Counted from the stretch's first letter, positions 9,624 through 18,957 are shown. The stretch is DNA of 48,622 nucleotides from Bacteroidota bacterium (GCA_039026435.1 JBCCMF010000001.1:1-48622), one strand, 5' to 3'. Notes: generated by a model not told the origin, from the sequence alone. A program made the numbers and translations.

Positions 9624-9667
9624 TGTCATCCCTCGGCTACGGCCTGCGGCCTCTGCTCGGGATGACA
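9624..9667. repeat. 44-nt palindromic intergenic repeat (same family, short form)
   Basis: 'tgtcatccctcggctacggcctgcggcctctgctcgggatgaca'. Lies between the histidine kinase stop (9703) and the start of reductase paralog 2 (9559). Confidence 0.75.
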
Positions 9668-9702
9668 ATAGCGGAGGATATACTGCATTCTGGATAGTAG
9701 AG

Positions 9703-11091
9703 TCAATCATTGGGTAATTCGATGCGGAAGGTAGCGCCTTGGCCGGGCTGCGACTGCTCAACGGCCAGGCTGCCGCCGTGGTAGTCCTCTACAATACGTT
9801 TGGCGAGGCTCAACCCCAAGCCCCATCCGCGTTTCTTCGTGCTATACCCCGGACGGAAGATATTCTTCCATTGCGAGCGGTCGATGCCTTTTCCGGTGTC
9901 GCGCACGCGCAGCACCGCCTTCGTGCCCTCGCGCACGGCCTCCACGTGGATGCTGCCCGTGTCGGTCTCGATGGCGTCGAGCGCGTTCTTCAGCAAGTTC
10001 TCCACCACCCACTCGAACAGCTCGGCGTTGAGCGGTACCGTGATCCGCGGATCGAGCTCGGCGGTGAGGCTGACCGTTTTGCCCTGCTGCGGGATGCGGC
10101 GGCGGATGTAGGCGATGGTGCGGTCGGCGCAGGCGGCCAGCGACTGCGCCTCCAGCTTGGGCACCGAGCCGATGTCAGAGAAGCGGCTGGCCACGCGCTG
10201 GAGCCGCTGGATGTCGTTGTCGATCTCGTCGAACGCCGTATCCACGGTCTCAGCGGGCAGCTCGCCCGCGCGCAGCAGCTGCGTCCAGCCCATCAGGCTG
10301 GAGATGGGCGTGCCGAGCTGGTGCGCGGCCTCCTTCGCCATCCCCACCCAAAGGCTCCCCTGCTCGTTGCGCCGCACGTACGAGAACCCCACGTAGCCCA
10401 CCAACACGAACAGCCCCACGAACAGGAGCTGCACGTACGGAAAGAGGCGCAGCTCTTTGATCAGGTCGGACTCGCCGTAGTACAACAATTGCTGGAGCGA
10501 CGTATCGGCAAACGTGAGGTCGATGGGTATGGGCTCATACGTGGCCGCCATCTCATCGCGCAGGTCGTCGAGCGCTCGTCGCACACGGTCCTGATCAGGC
10601 GCCTCCAACCGAAGCACATCGCCCTGAATCACCAACGAGTCGCCGGGCAGATCGACGTTGACCCAGCTCAGGTAAGGGAACGCGTTGCTGGTATCTGCCG
10701 AGACAATCAGCGACGGCACGGTGCCGCTCAGCTCGGTGTTGACCGTGCCGATGAAATCCACCTCGATGGTGGGCGGCATGGCCTGCGCAAAGTCCACGGC
10801 CTGCAGATACTGCCGCACGTCTTCGCCCGACAGCCCGGCGGCGGCCCCCGAGCGCAGCCACACCTCCATGTCGTTCAGCGTGCGGATGTGCGGGTTCTGC
10901 CCTACGTTCTGCGCGTCGATCAGCTGCTGCCGCGCTTCGGCGATGAGCTGGATCAGCACCTGCTCGCGCTGCTTCAGCTGCTCCACCAGCCGGCTCGTGT
11001 ACAGCACCGATGCCACGGCGATCAGCGCCGCAAACGCGACGAGCCCAGCCTTGAGGTTCGTAGTCCAACGGTATGCTTTCATCAGCGGCAC
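9703..11091 (-). CDS. Membrane-bound sensor histidine kinase (no adjacent response regulator)
   Basis: 462 aa. An N-terminal TM segment and a second TM ('FPYVQLLFVGLFVLVGYVGF') are followed by the H-box 'EAAHQLGTPISSL', N-box 'VVENLLKNALDA', G1 'VRDTGKGI' and G2 'GWGLGLSLAKRIV'. Confidence 0.85.
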   Translation of the reverse strand: MPLMKAYRWTTNLKAGLVAFAALIAVASVLYTSRLVEQLKQREQVLIQLIAEARQQLIDAQNVGQNPHIRTLNDMEVWLRSGAAAGLSGEDVRQYLQAVDFAQAMPPTIEVDFIGTVNTELSGTVPSLIVSADTSNAFPYLSWVNVDLPGDSLVIQGDVLRLEAPDQDRVRRALDDLRDEMAATYEPIPIDLTFADTSLQQLLYYGESDLIKELRLFPYVQLLFVGLFVLVGYVGFSYVRRNEQGSLWVGMAKEAAHQLGTPISSLMGWTQLLRAGELPAETVDTAFDEIDNDIQRLQRVASRFSDIGSVPKLEAQSLAACADRTIAYIRRRIPQQGKTVSLTAELDPRITVPLNAELFEWVVENLLKNALDAIETDTGSIHVEAVREGTKAVLRVRDTGKGIDRSQWKNIFRPGYSTKKRGWGLGLSLAKRIVEDYHGGSLAVEQSQPGQGATFRIELPND

Positions 11092-11182
11092 CTGTTCATG
11101 ATGGCACGGCCGCGACGCTTCGGTAGCGCGGCCTCAGTCCGTAGCCTCGGTCATAGGCAAGCTGGTCCTTGTGCAGGAGCGT

Positions 11183-12469
11183 TCACGACGTGCCGCTGGC
11201 GATGGTCTGCTCGCGCTTCGGCCCGGTGGAGATGATGCTGAGCGGCACGCCGATGCGGTCTTCGATGTAGCGCAGATAGTCCTGCGCGTTCCTGGGCAGG
11301 TCCTCAAACGCCGTGACGCCTACGATGTCTTCGTCCCAACCCGGCAGCGTCTCGTAGATCGGCTCGCCGATCTCCAGCGTCTGCGTCTCGCTCGGGAAGC
11401 GCTCGTGCTCGCGGCCGTCGTAGCGGTACTTGGTGGCCACCTTCAGCTCTTTCAGCCCTGAGAGGACGTCGAGCTTGGTGATGGCGAGGTCGGTGAAGCC
11501 GTTGATCATGGTCGTGTAGCGCAACGCCACCAGGTCCAGCCAACCGCAGCGGCGGGGGCGCCCCGTGGTGGCGCCGTACTCGTGCCCAATGTCGCGCAGC
11601 CGCTGGCCTACCTCGTCTTCCAGCTCGGTCACGAACGGGCCGTTGCCCACCCGCGTGCAATACGCCTTCACGATGCCCGTCACGCGGTCGATGCTCGTGG
11701 GCGGGATGCCGAGACCCGTGCAGCAACCGCCCACTGTGGGATGGCTCGACGTGACGTACGGATACGTGCCGAAGTCGACGTCCAGCAGCGCGCCTTGGGC
11801 GCCCTCGGCCAGGATGCGCTTGCCCGCCTTCAGCTCGCGGCAGAGGTACTGCGTCGTGTCGGTGACGTAGGGGTCGATCAGCTTGTCGAACTCGACGTAC
11901 TCGTCCACGATCGCATCCACGTTCAGCTCTTCCGCGCCGTGGATGTTTTTGAGGATGGCGTTCTTCTCCTCGATGGCCGCCGTCAGCTTCTTGCGCAGCA
12001 CGTCGCGGTCCAGCAGGTCCACCACGCGGATGCCGCTACGCGCGAACTTGTCCATGTACGCCGGACCTATGCCGCGCCCCGTGGTGCCGATGGCCTTGCC
12101 GTCGCGCGAGCGCTCGCGGGCTTGGTCCAGGCGCTTGTGGTAGGGCATGATGAGGTGGGCGTTGTGCGAGATCAGCAGGCGCCCGGCCACCTCGTAGCCG
12201 ATCTCGCCGATCATCTTGATCTCTTCCATCACCGCCACCGGGTCGATGACCACGCCGTTGCCGATGACGCACATGACGCCGTCGTGGAAGATGCCGCTGG
12301 GCACCAGGTGCAGCACGAACTCCTGGTCGCCCCAGCAGATGGTGTGCCCGGCGTTGGCGCCGCCCTGGTAGCGCGCCACGATGTCGATGCCGCCCTCGCT
12401 GATGAGGTCAACAATCTTACCTTTTCCTTCGTCGCCCCACTGGCTGCCGATGATGACGGATACGGGCAT
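11183..12469 (-). CDS. purA: Adenylosuccinate synthetase
   Basis: Track ORF is 11183..12562; the real start is Met32 (ATG at 12469) 'MPVSVIIGSQWGDEGKGKIVD', the canonical PurA P-loop. 'GTTGRGIGPAY' and 'YGATTGRPRRCGWLD' are present. Confidence 0.95.
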   Translation of the reverse strand: MPVSVIIGSQWGDEGKGKIVDLISEGGIDIVARYQGGANAGHTICWGDQEFVLHLVPSGIFHDGVMCVIGNGVVIDPVAVMEEIKMIGEIGYEVAGRLLISHNAHLIMPYHKRLDQARERSRDGKAIGTTGRGIGPAYMDKFARSGIRVVDLLDRDVLRKKLTAAIEEKNAILKNIHGAEELNVDAIVDEYVEFDKLIDPYVTDTTQYLCRELKAGKRILAEGAQGALLDVDFGTYPYVTSSHPTVGGCCTGLGIPPTSIDRVTGIVKAYCTRVGNGPFVTELEDEVGQRLRDIGHEYGATTGRPRRCGWLDLVALRYTTMINGFTDLAITKLDVLSGLKELKVATKYRYDGREHERFPSETQTLEIGEPIYETLPGWDEDIVGVTAFEDLPRNAQDYLRYIEDRIGVPLSIISTGPKREQTIASGTS

Positions 12470-12470
12470 A

Positions 12471-12545
12471 GTTCGTGTTTCGGAGTTTGGTTTTCGGTTT
12501 TTGGAGCGGCTTTCCAAAAGCGCGAAGCGCGTGCGAAACACGAAC
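12471..12545 (-). promoter_or_regulatory. purA 5' leader hairpin (12-bp perfect stem abutting the start codon)
   Basis: 'gttcgtgtttcg' (12471..12482) is the exact reverse complement of 'cgaaacacgaac' (12534..12545). On the mRNA the 3' arm ends 1 nt before the purA AUG. The 51-nt loop contains two small sub-hairpins. Function is unknown. Confidence 0.35.
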
Positions 12546-12637
12546 CCCGAACCTCGAAACACCCCAAAAGGAAGGCGCCGAGGCTATTGCCCCGACGCCT
12601 TACCAGAAACGGCTATCGCCCTTTGTAGGGCCGCGTG

Positions 12638-12997
12638 CTATGCGTCACCAACCGGGTCCGACTCGTAGCTCTCGATGGCTTCGTCTACGGACTCGAAGTG
12701 CTTAAACACGGTAATGAGCTTGGTAATGACCAGCAGCGACTGGATGCGGTCGGCCACGTTGGCCAGGCGAAGGTCGCCGCCGGCGTTGCGCATCGTGGTC
12801 ATGCCGCTGATCAGCATGCCCAGCCCGCTGGAGTTCATGAACTTCACCTTCGAGAGGTCGACGACGACGTTCTTTTTCCCGTTCTCGCGCATCTCGTGCA
12901 GCGTATCGTGCATCTTGGCGCCATCGGGGCCGCCCATCACGTTGCCTTTGAGCGTGATAACGACGGCATTGTAGCGTTCATCTACGTTGAAATTCAT
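12638..12997 (-). CDS. STAS-domain protein (anti-sigma-factor antagonist, SpoIIAA-like)
   Basis: 119 aa. 'VVVDLSKVKFMNSSGLGMLISG' contains the conserved phosphorylatable Ser context of anti-anti-sigma factors. No partner kinase or phosphatase is adjacent. Confidence 0.8.
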   Translation of the reverse strand: MNFNVDERYNAVVITLKGNVMGGPDGAKMHDTLHEMRENGKKNVVVDLSKVKFMNSSGLGMLISGMTTMRNAGGDLRLANVADRIQSLLVITKLITVFKHFESVDEAIESYESDPVGDA

Positions 12998-13041
12998 GGA
13001 TCGAGTAGGCTAATCAGTTGAGGTGTCGTACGTCGGGAGCG

Positions 13042-13947
13042 TCACTTGGCCGCGCGCTGGCGCAGTTCGACCACGATGGGCGAAGCGACCCAGATGGAGG
13101 AATACGTCCCGATCAGAACGCCGATGATGAGGGCAAAGGCGAAGCCGCGGAGGACTTCGCCGCCCAATATAAAGAGGGTGGTGACCACGAGCAAGGTGGT
13201 CAGAGACGTGACGACCGTGCGGCTGAGCGTGTTGTTGATCGACTTGTTGACCACCGCGCTGTAGGCCTCGGTCTTGAAGATGTTGGTGTACTCGCGGATG
13301 CGGTCGAAGATGACCACGGTATCGTTGAGCGAGTACCCGACGATCGTCAGGAAGGCCGCGATGATGGTCTGGTCGATCTGGAGCGAGAACGGCACGATGT
13401 CGAGGCCCTTGAGGATCGAGAAGATGCCGAGCGTGATGGTCACGTCGTGCGCCAGCGCCGCAATAGCGCCTACGCCGAAGCGCCACTCGAAGCGGATCAG
13501 GATGTAGATGAAGATGACCAGCAGCGAGCCGAGGATGGAGTAGATAGCACCTAGCGCCAGCTCTTCAGCGAAGCGCGGGCCCACAATGTCGGTCCCGACG
13601 ACCTGCGCGTTGCTTCCGGGGAATGCGGCGTTGATGCCATTCACCACCTGCTCCTGCACGACGGAGATCTCGCCTTCGTCGAGCGTGCGCACGAGGATAT
13701 CGTTGTCGAAGGTCTTCACCTCGGGCGTGCTGCCGAGCACGGCATCGAGCTCGTTGCGGACTTCGGTGACGTTGAGCTCGGTGTCGCTGGTGACGATGAA
13801 CTCCATCCCGCCCCTGAAGTCGATGCCCAGTTCAAGGCCGAACGTCATCAGGGAAATGGCACTCAGCGTTAGCAGAATGCCCGACGTGATGTATCCCCGT
13901 TTCCGGTTGGGGATAAGCGAATAATTCGCGGTTTCAAATAATCTCAT
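13042..13947 (-). CDS. secF: Protein translocase subunit SecF
   Basis: Track ORF is 13042..14124; the likely start is Met60 (ATG at 13947) 'MRLFETANYSLIPNRKRGYI'. 'GIDFRGG' and the six-TM C-terminal half ('NDTVVIFDRIRE') are typical of SecF. Confidence 0.9.
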   Translation of the reverse strand: MRLFETANYSLIPNRKRGYITSGILLTLSAISLMTFGLELGIDFRGGMEFIVTSDTELNVTEVRNELDAVLGSTPEVKTFDNDILVRTLDEGEISVVQEQVVNGINAAFPGSNAQVVGTDIVGPRFAEELALGAIYSILGSLLVIFIYILIRFEWRFGVGAIAALAHDVTITLGIFSILKGLDIVPFSLQIDQTIIAAFLTIVGYSLNDTVVIFDRIREYTNIFKTEAYSAVVNKSINNTLSRTVVTSLTTLLVVTTLFILGGEVLRGFAFALIIGVLIGTYSSIWVASPIVVELRQRAAK

Positions 13948-14131
13948 GGTTTCGGTATAGTCTGGGCGGCTCTGAGAGGGCCGCCGCTGTATTTCAGAAT
14001 GACGGTTTCGTGATACGAAGGCGTTTCGGGGCTCGGCGTTGGGACGCAGGCTGCGCCTGCTTTCGCGTTTCGGATTGATGCCCCGAACCTCGAAGAGCCC
14101 GCCTCGCGGGCGTCCAAGCCCCAAACACCGA

Positions 14132-16021
14132 TCAGCCCAGGCTGACCTGTGCGCGGCGTTCGTTCACGAGGTAGTCGAAGAAGAAGCGTGTGATGACGAT
14201 GGCGCTGAACATGGACGACAGGATCCCGGCCATCAGCGTCACGGCAAAGCCCTGGATGGGACCGACGCCGAACGAGTACAGGATGATGCCCACGAAGAAC
14301 GTGGTGATGTTGGCGTCGAAGATGGCGCTGAGGGCTTTGGCGTAGCCGCCGTCGATGCTCGCTTTGAGCGTCTTGCCCGTCGTCTGCTCCTCCCGGATGC
14401 GGTCGAAGATGAGCACGTTGGCGTCCACGGCCATACCGATCGTCAGCACGATCCCGGCGATACCCGGCAGCGTGAGCGTGGCGCTAAACCCGGAGAGGAT
14501 GCCCAGGATGAAGATGATGTTCACGATCAGCGCGATGTTGGCGATGACCCCCGCCGTGCGGTAGTAGAAGATCATGAAGAGCGCCACGATGAGCAGCCCC
14601 CACATCACCGACTGGATGCCCGCGCGGATAGACGCGGCGCCGAGGCTCGGGCCCACGACGCGCTCTTCCACGATCTCCACCGGCGCAGGCAGCGCGCCCG
14701 ACTTCAGGATGGTCACGATGTCGGAGGCTTCCTCTTGCGAGTCGAGGCCCGTGATGGACGAGCGACCGCCCGAGATCTTGCCCTGGACGACGGGGTACGA
14801 GTACACCACGTTGTCGAGCACGATGGCCACGTTCTTGCCGATGTTGGCGCCCGTGACGCGCGACCAGCGGGTGGCGCCTTCGCCGTTCATCGTCATCGTG
14901 ACTTCGGCCTGGTTCAGCTCGTCGAAGTCCACCTTGGAGTCGGTGATGACTTCGCCCGTCATCTCGCGCTCCACGCGAACGCCCAGGATGCTGAAGATCT
15001 CGCGGCCCTGGTCGTCTTCGCCAATCGGGTTGGACGTGTACATCAGCGTCACGCCCGTCGGGAGCATGCCTGCCACTTCGGGCTCGGCGATCAGCGCGTT
15101 GAACTCGGCGGTGTCACTCTCGGCCACGTAGGCGAAGGTCACGCCATCGCCCACGGGCTGGATGAGGTCGAGCAGGCGGTTGCCTGTGGTGCCGTCTTCC
15201 GTGGTGCCCTGGTCGAGCAAGTCATCGATGCCAAGCGTGGTGTCGGCGGCGGCGACTTCGTCTGTGCCGTCAGCGGTGGTGTCGGCGGCGGCCGCATCGG
15301 CGCTCTCGGCCTCGAAGAATTCGATCATCTCCTGGAGCGAGGCGACGAGCTGCTGCGGCTCGGCCATCAGGCGGAACTCGAGCATGGCGGTCCCGCGCAG
15401 GAGACGGCGAACGCGCTCGGCGTCCTCCACGCCGGGCAGCTCCACGATCACGCGGCGCGGGCCCTTGCGCTGGATCGACGGCTCGGTCACGCCGTAGCGG
15501 TCCACGCGGTCGCGGATGATGGACATGGCGCGGGTCACCGCATCGTCGGCTTGTGCACGGAGGTAGACGGCCACCTCATCGTTGGTGGAGCGGCGCGTGA
15601 TCTCGGCGTCGTCGTTGCGGAAGTAGCGCGAGAGGCGTGCCTCGGCGTCGCGTGCTTCGAACTCTTCGACGAAGGCGTCGATGATCGACTCGTTGCCCGA
15701 CTCGGCGCGCGCGCGGGCAGCGGCGAGCACCTCCTCAAAGGCCTCGTCTTGCTCACGGGCGAGTTCGCGGATGAGCGCGTCCACGCGCACTTCGAGCGCC
15801 ACGTGCATGCCGCCCTGGAGGTCGAGGCCCAGCTTGAGCGCCTTCTCCTTGGCCGTCTCGATGGCGGCGAAGTTCTCCTGTTCGTAGGCCTCGCGCGCCT
15901 CGCCTTCGAGGTCGTTTAGCTGGCCGCGGTAGTAGAGCGATTGAAACGACGGGAAGAGGTAGTAGCCCGTCAGCAGCAGAAAGAAGACCGCTATCGTGAT
16001 CTTGGTTCCGTTTCCTTTCAT
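14132..16021 (-). CDS. secD: Protein translocase subunit SecD
   Basis: 629 aa. Has an N-terminal TM, 'LKLGLDLQGGMHV', a large periplasmic domain and a C-terminal TM bundle with 'DANVLIFDRIREE'. Confidence 0.9.
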   Translation of the reverse strand: MKGNGTKITIAVFFLLLTGYYLFPSFQSLYYRGQLNDLEGEAREAYEQENFAAIETAKEKALKLGLDLQGGMHVALEVRVDALIRELAREQDEAFEEVLAAARARAESGNESIIDAFVEEFEARDAEARLSRYFRNDDAEITRRSTNDEVAVYLRAQADDAVTRAMSIIRDRVDRYGVTEPSIQRKGPRRVIVELPGVEDAERVRRLLRGTAMLEFRLMAEPQQLVASLQEMIEFFEAESADAAAADTTADGTDEVAAADTTLGIDDLLDQGTTEDGTTGNRLLDLIQPVGDGVTFAYVAESDTAEFNALIAEPEVAGMLPTGVTLMYTSNPIGEDDQGREIFSILGVRVEREMTGEVITDSKVDFDELNQAEVTMTMNGEGATRWSRVTGANIGKNVAIVLDNVVYSYPVVQGKISGGRSSITGLDSQEEASDIVTILKSGALPAPVEIVEERVVGPSLGAASIRAGIQSVMWGLLIVALFMIFYYRTAGVIANIALIVNIIFILGILSGFSATLTLPGIAGIVLTIGMAVDANVLIFDRIREEQTTGKTLKASIDGGYAKALSAIFDANITTFFVGIILYSFGVGPIQGFAVTLMAGILSSMFSAIVITRFFFDYLVNERRAQVSLG

Positions 16022-16152
16022 GGTAGGGTTGAAGTGTAAATGGGGGCGCGCGCCGAACGGCTAGGCGCCACAAAAGGCATATCGCATGCTGAACGAACGG
16101 CGTCGTCCAGCGCGATGGAGTGTGTACGTGGTGTGGGATGTGCCGTGCGCTG

Positions 16153-16716
16153 CTACGGCGCGCGCGGCGAGACGGATGTGCCCAGCAGCGACGCGGGCTG
16201 CAGGGTGCGCGTCTGGATCCGCTGCCGCAACTGCTCACTCGATGGAGCGATGTTGGGCGAGGCGTTGCACACGCCCGTGGCCTTGAGGGGCGGCGTCCGA
16301 TCCAGCGACGTTGTTGTGGGGCTGGCCCACGCCATCGGACGCAGCAGCAGCGCCTCGCCTACGATGCGCAGGTAGCGCTGCTGGAGCTGCGCGATGACCG
16401 CCTCATCGGTGGCCGCGTCGTGCTCAAACAGCTCGGCCATGTGCAGCGCGCCAGGCGCCGCCGCGTAGGCGTCGATGAAGGCGAGCAGGAACGCTTCGAG
16501 CGACTGGCTCCCGGCTTCTTCGACAGCGGTGGCGAGCGCGTCTTCTACCGCAGGCGTGGCTTCATCGGCCAGTTGCCCGCGCAGCCAATCTGCATGGGTC
16601 CACACCGCCCGCTGCTGCGACGCCTGCACGGCCGACGCCAACACCACGGGCGCCATGCTGACGAGCAGCACGCACACCATAAAGCGTTGCATCCAAGCCG
16701 AGCGAAGCCAGGTCAC
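16153..16716 (-). CDS. Hypothetical secreted protein
   Basis: 187 aa with a signal-like N-terminus ('MQRFMVCVLLVSMAPVVLASAVQA', possible start at 16692). Composition looks natural, whereas the antisense ORF 16120..16746 is Arg-rich shadow. No family recognised. Confidence 0.4.
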   Translation of the reverse strand: MTWLRSAWMQRFMVCVLLVSMAPVVLASAVQASQQRAVWTHADWLRGQLADEATPAVEDALATAVEEAGSQSLEAFLLAFIDAYAAAPGALHMAELFEHDAATDEAVIAQLQQRYLRIVGEALLLRPMAWASPTTTSLDRTPPLKATGVCNASPNIAPSSEQLRQRIQTRTLQPASLLGTSVSPRAP

Positions 16717-16950
16717 GAGACGAGCAGCGGGTTGAGCAGGTGGTGAAATCAGGAAAAGCGCGGACTTTACGCGGGGGGTACGCCGCTGTTTCCGCTCGAT
16801 ATACCGCTGGCCGCACCCACAGCACGGCGTCAGAAACGACCTTCCGCGTAAGGTTTCCCCTTACAGCTTGGCCTAGGGTTTGCCTGGTGGGCATGTGATG
16901 GCGCAATCCGTCGCTCCCCACCCTGTTTTTCCGGACATTCCCGCCGCCCC

Positions 16951-18213
16951 ATGCGCAAATCTTTCCTCCTCGGCTGCTTCTTGCTCCTCGCCGCACCCGC
17001 CCTCGGCCAGTCGATCCACCTCGTCCCCACCAAAACCTCGCTGGACGGCACCATCACCAGCATGGACGTAGACGCCAGCGGCACCCTGTACGTGGGCACC
17101 CGCGACGCCGACGACTTCGGGCTCCTGTTTCGGTCAGACGATCAGGGCACGACGTGGGACACGCTGTTACATCCCACCCCCGAGGCCCACGCGTGGGACA
17201 TCGCCGTAGGCCCGGATGAGGCGCTGTACGTGCTCGCGCGCTTCGATGGCCAACTCAACCTCTTCAAGGCCGAGGAGGAAACGTGGGCACCTGCGGGCGC
17301 TTGGCCCATCGCCAGTGTCGATGATGCCTCCGAGGCGCACGTCTTGCTGCACCGCGCAACGGCCACAGACGCCCTCGTGCTCGGCACCACCGACGGGGTC
17401 GTCATGCGCTCGGATGAGCTCGCGACCTCGTGGGAGGCGCTGGCCGCTCATCCCGACTCGGCCGCGACGCTCCATGCGCTGCACAGCGACATCGACGGCA
17501 CCATCTTCACTGCCGCGGGTGCACACGGCTTCCTGTGCTTCGACGAGGCCACCAGCACGTGGACCGCCTTGGCTGCCCCACTCGCCGCCGACGAACACGC
17601 CACCCACCTGGACTTCACCGCCGAGGCGACGCTGATAGGCGGATCCACGCAGAACATCTTTGCCTCAACCGACCGCGGCGCTACGTGGACCACGATCACG
17701 CCGCCGTTCACGCAGTCGGTCTATGCCGTCACCACCGTGGGTACGAACATTCTGGCGAGCACCTCAAGCGGGCTCTGGCTCTCGCAGAACGGCGGGACCA
17801 TCTGGATGCAGCTGCTGGCGTCCGAGTCGGGGTACCGCGTAGAATCCATCACCGTAGCCTCCACCGGGACGATCTTCCTGAGCACCGCCGATGAGCTGCT
17901 CAAGCTGCACACGCCCGTCATCACCAGCACCGATGACGAGACGCTGCCCCAGGCCTTCGCCGTGCGCGCCGCCTATCCCAACCCGTTTGTCGTGGCTACC
18001 ACGCTGGAGGTGACGGTGGAGCGGGCGGCGCATGTGACCGCGACGGTCTACGATGTGCTCGGCCGCCAGGTGGCGTCGCTGCATGACGGGTGGCAGGCAC
18101 CGGGCGCGATGCCGCTCCGTTGGCACCCAACGCACCAGCCCAGCGGCGTGTACTTCGCGCGTGTGGAGGCCAATGGCGCGACAGAAACACAGATGCTGAC
18201 CTTAGTGCGCTGA
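16951..18213 (+). CDS. Secreted Asp-box (BNR) beta-propeller protein with T9SS C-terminal sorting domain
   Basis: Signal peptide 'MRKSFLLGCFLLLAAPALGQ'. Repeated Asp-box motifs ('SDDQGTTW', 'STDRGATW', 'SQNGGTIW'). The C-terminal ~80 aa 'YPNPFVVATTLEV...VYDVLGRQVA...SGVYFARVEANGATETQMLTLVR' fits the T9SS type A CTD. Confidence 0.75.
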   Translation: MRKSFLLGCFLLLAAPALGQSIHLVPTKTSLDGTITSMDVDASGTLYVGTRDADDFGLLFRSDDQGTTWDTLLHPTPEAHAWDIAVGPDEALYVLARFDGQLNLFKAEEETWAPAGAWPIASVDDASEAHVLLHRATATDALVLGTTDGVVMRSDELATSWEALAAHPDSAATLHALHSDIDGTIFTAAGAHGFLCFDEATSTWTALAAPLAADEHATHLDFTAEATLIGGSTQNIFASTDRGATWTTITPPFTQSVYAVTTVGTNILASTSSGLWLSQNGGTIWMQLLASESGYRVESITVASTGTIFLSTADELLKLHTPVITSTDDETLPQAFAVRAAYPNPFVVATTLEVTVERAAHVTATVYDVLGRQVASLHDGWQAPGAMPLRWHPTHQPSGVYFARVEANGATETQMLTLVR

Positions 18214-18282
18214 CGTTGCGAGTAGCGCGCGATAGGCGTGCGGCCCTACCTTTTGGCGACCTGCCACACACGCACTACGGCT

Positions 18283-18957
18283 ATGAATCCTACTTCGGCG
18301 CTCGTCCTCTTCTCCGGCGGCCAGGACTCGACCACCTGCCTGTACTGGGCCTTGGCTCGCTTCGCCCGTGTTGAAGCGATCAGCTTTGACTACGGGCAGA
18401 AGCATCAGGTGGAGGTGCAGCAGGCGCAGCTCATCGCCGAGCAGGCCGACGTAGACCTGCGGCTCATCCACATGGACGGGTTGCTGCAGGGCTCGGCGCT
18501 GACGGAGCACGACAAAGACGTCTCAGGCGAGCACGAGTTGGCGCCCCACCTGCCTGCGTCGTTCGTCCCTGGCCGCAACGCGCTGATGCTCTCCATCGCG
18601 GCCAGCTACGCCTACACACGCCAGATCCATGACTTGATCGGCGGCATGTGCCAGACGGATTACTCGGGCTACCCCGACTGCCGCCGCGTTTTCATCGACA
18701 GCCAGCAGACCACCCTCTCGCTCGCGCTCGACACCGACATCCGCATCCACACGCCGCTGATGTACCTGACCAAGGCCGAGACGTGGAAGATGGCGAACGA
18801 CCTCGGCGTGCTCGACATCGTCCGCGACCTCTCGCACACCGACTACAACGGCGACCGCACCACGTACAACGCGTGGGGCTACGGCAAGCTCGACAATCCC
18901 GCATCGATCCTGCGGGCCAAGGGCTATGAAGAAGCGAAGGCGAAGGGCTGGGTGTGA
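18283..18957 (+). CDS. queC: 7-cyano-7-deazaguanine synthase
   Basis: Track ORF is 18238..18957; the likely start is ATG 18283 'MNPTSALVLFSGGQDSTTCL' (PP-loop SGGxDS). The C-terminal zinc Cys cluster region is 'GMCQTDYSGYPDCRRVF'. Confidence 0.92.
   Translation: MNPTSALVLFSGGQDSTTCLYWALARFARVEAISFDYGQKHQVEVQQAQLIAEQADVDLRLIHMDGLLQGSALTEHDKDVSGEHELAPHLPASFVPGRNALMLSIAASYAYTRQIHDLIGGMCQTDYSGYPDCRRVFIDSQQTTLSLALDTDIRIHTPLMYLTKAETWKMANDLGVLDIVRDLSHTDYNGDRTTYNAWGYGKLDNPASILRAKGYEEAKAKGWV

Noticed and set aside
12470-12637. A purine riboswitch upstream of purA; also a preQ1 riboswitch upstream of queC/queE (18214..18282 and 18958..19078).
   Set aside because: I could not recognise the conserved cores of the purine or preQ1 aptamers in these spacers. 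Only a generic hairpin is present before purA.
14039-15919. A 626-aa plus-strand ORF antisense to secD, and similar long ORFs opposite strong genes (for example 223..1317, 3804..5009, 7593..8333, 8513..9697, 9739..11235, 11582..12628, 20607..21323, 24170..25966, 31494..32387, 39193..41304, 43145..44050, 46737..48038).
   Set aside because: They are Arg/Gly/His/Asp-rich with low-complexity composition and have no recognisable motifs. Each lies opposite an ORF with clear family signatures. Such shadow ORFs are typical of ~65% GC DNA, where stop codons are rare.
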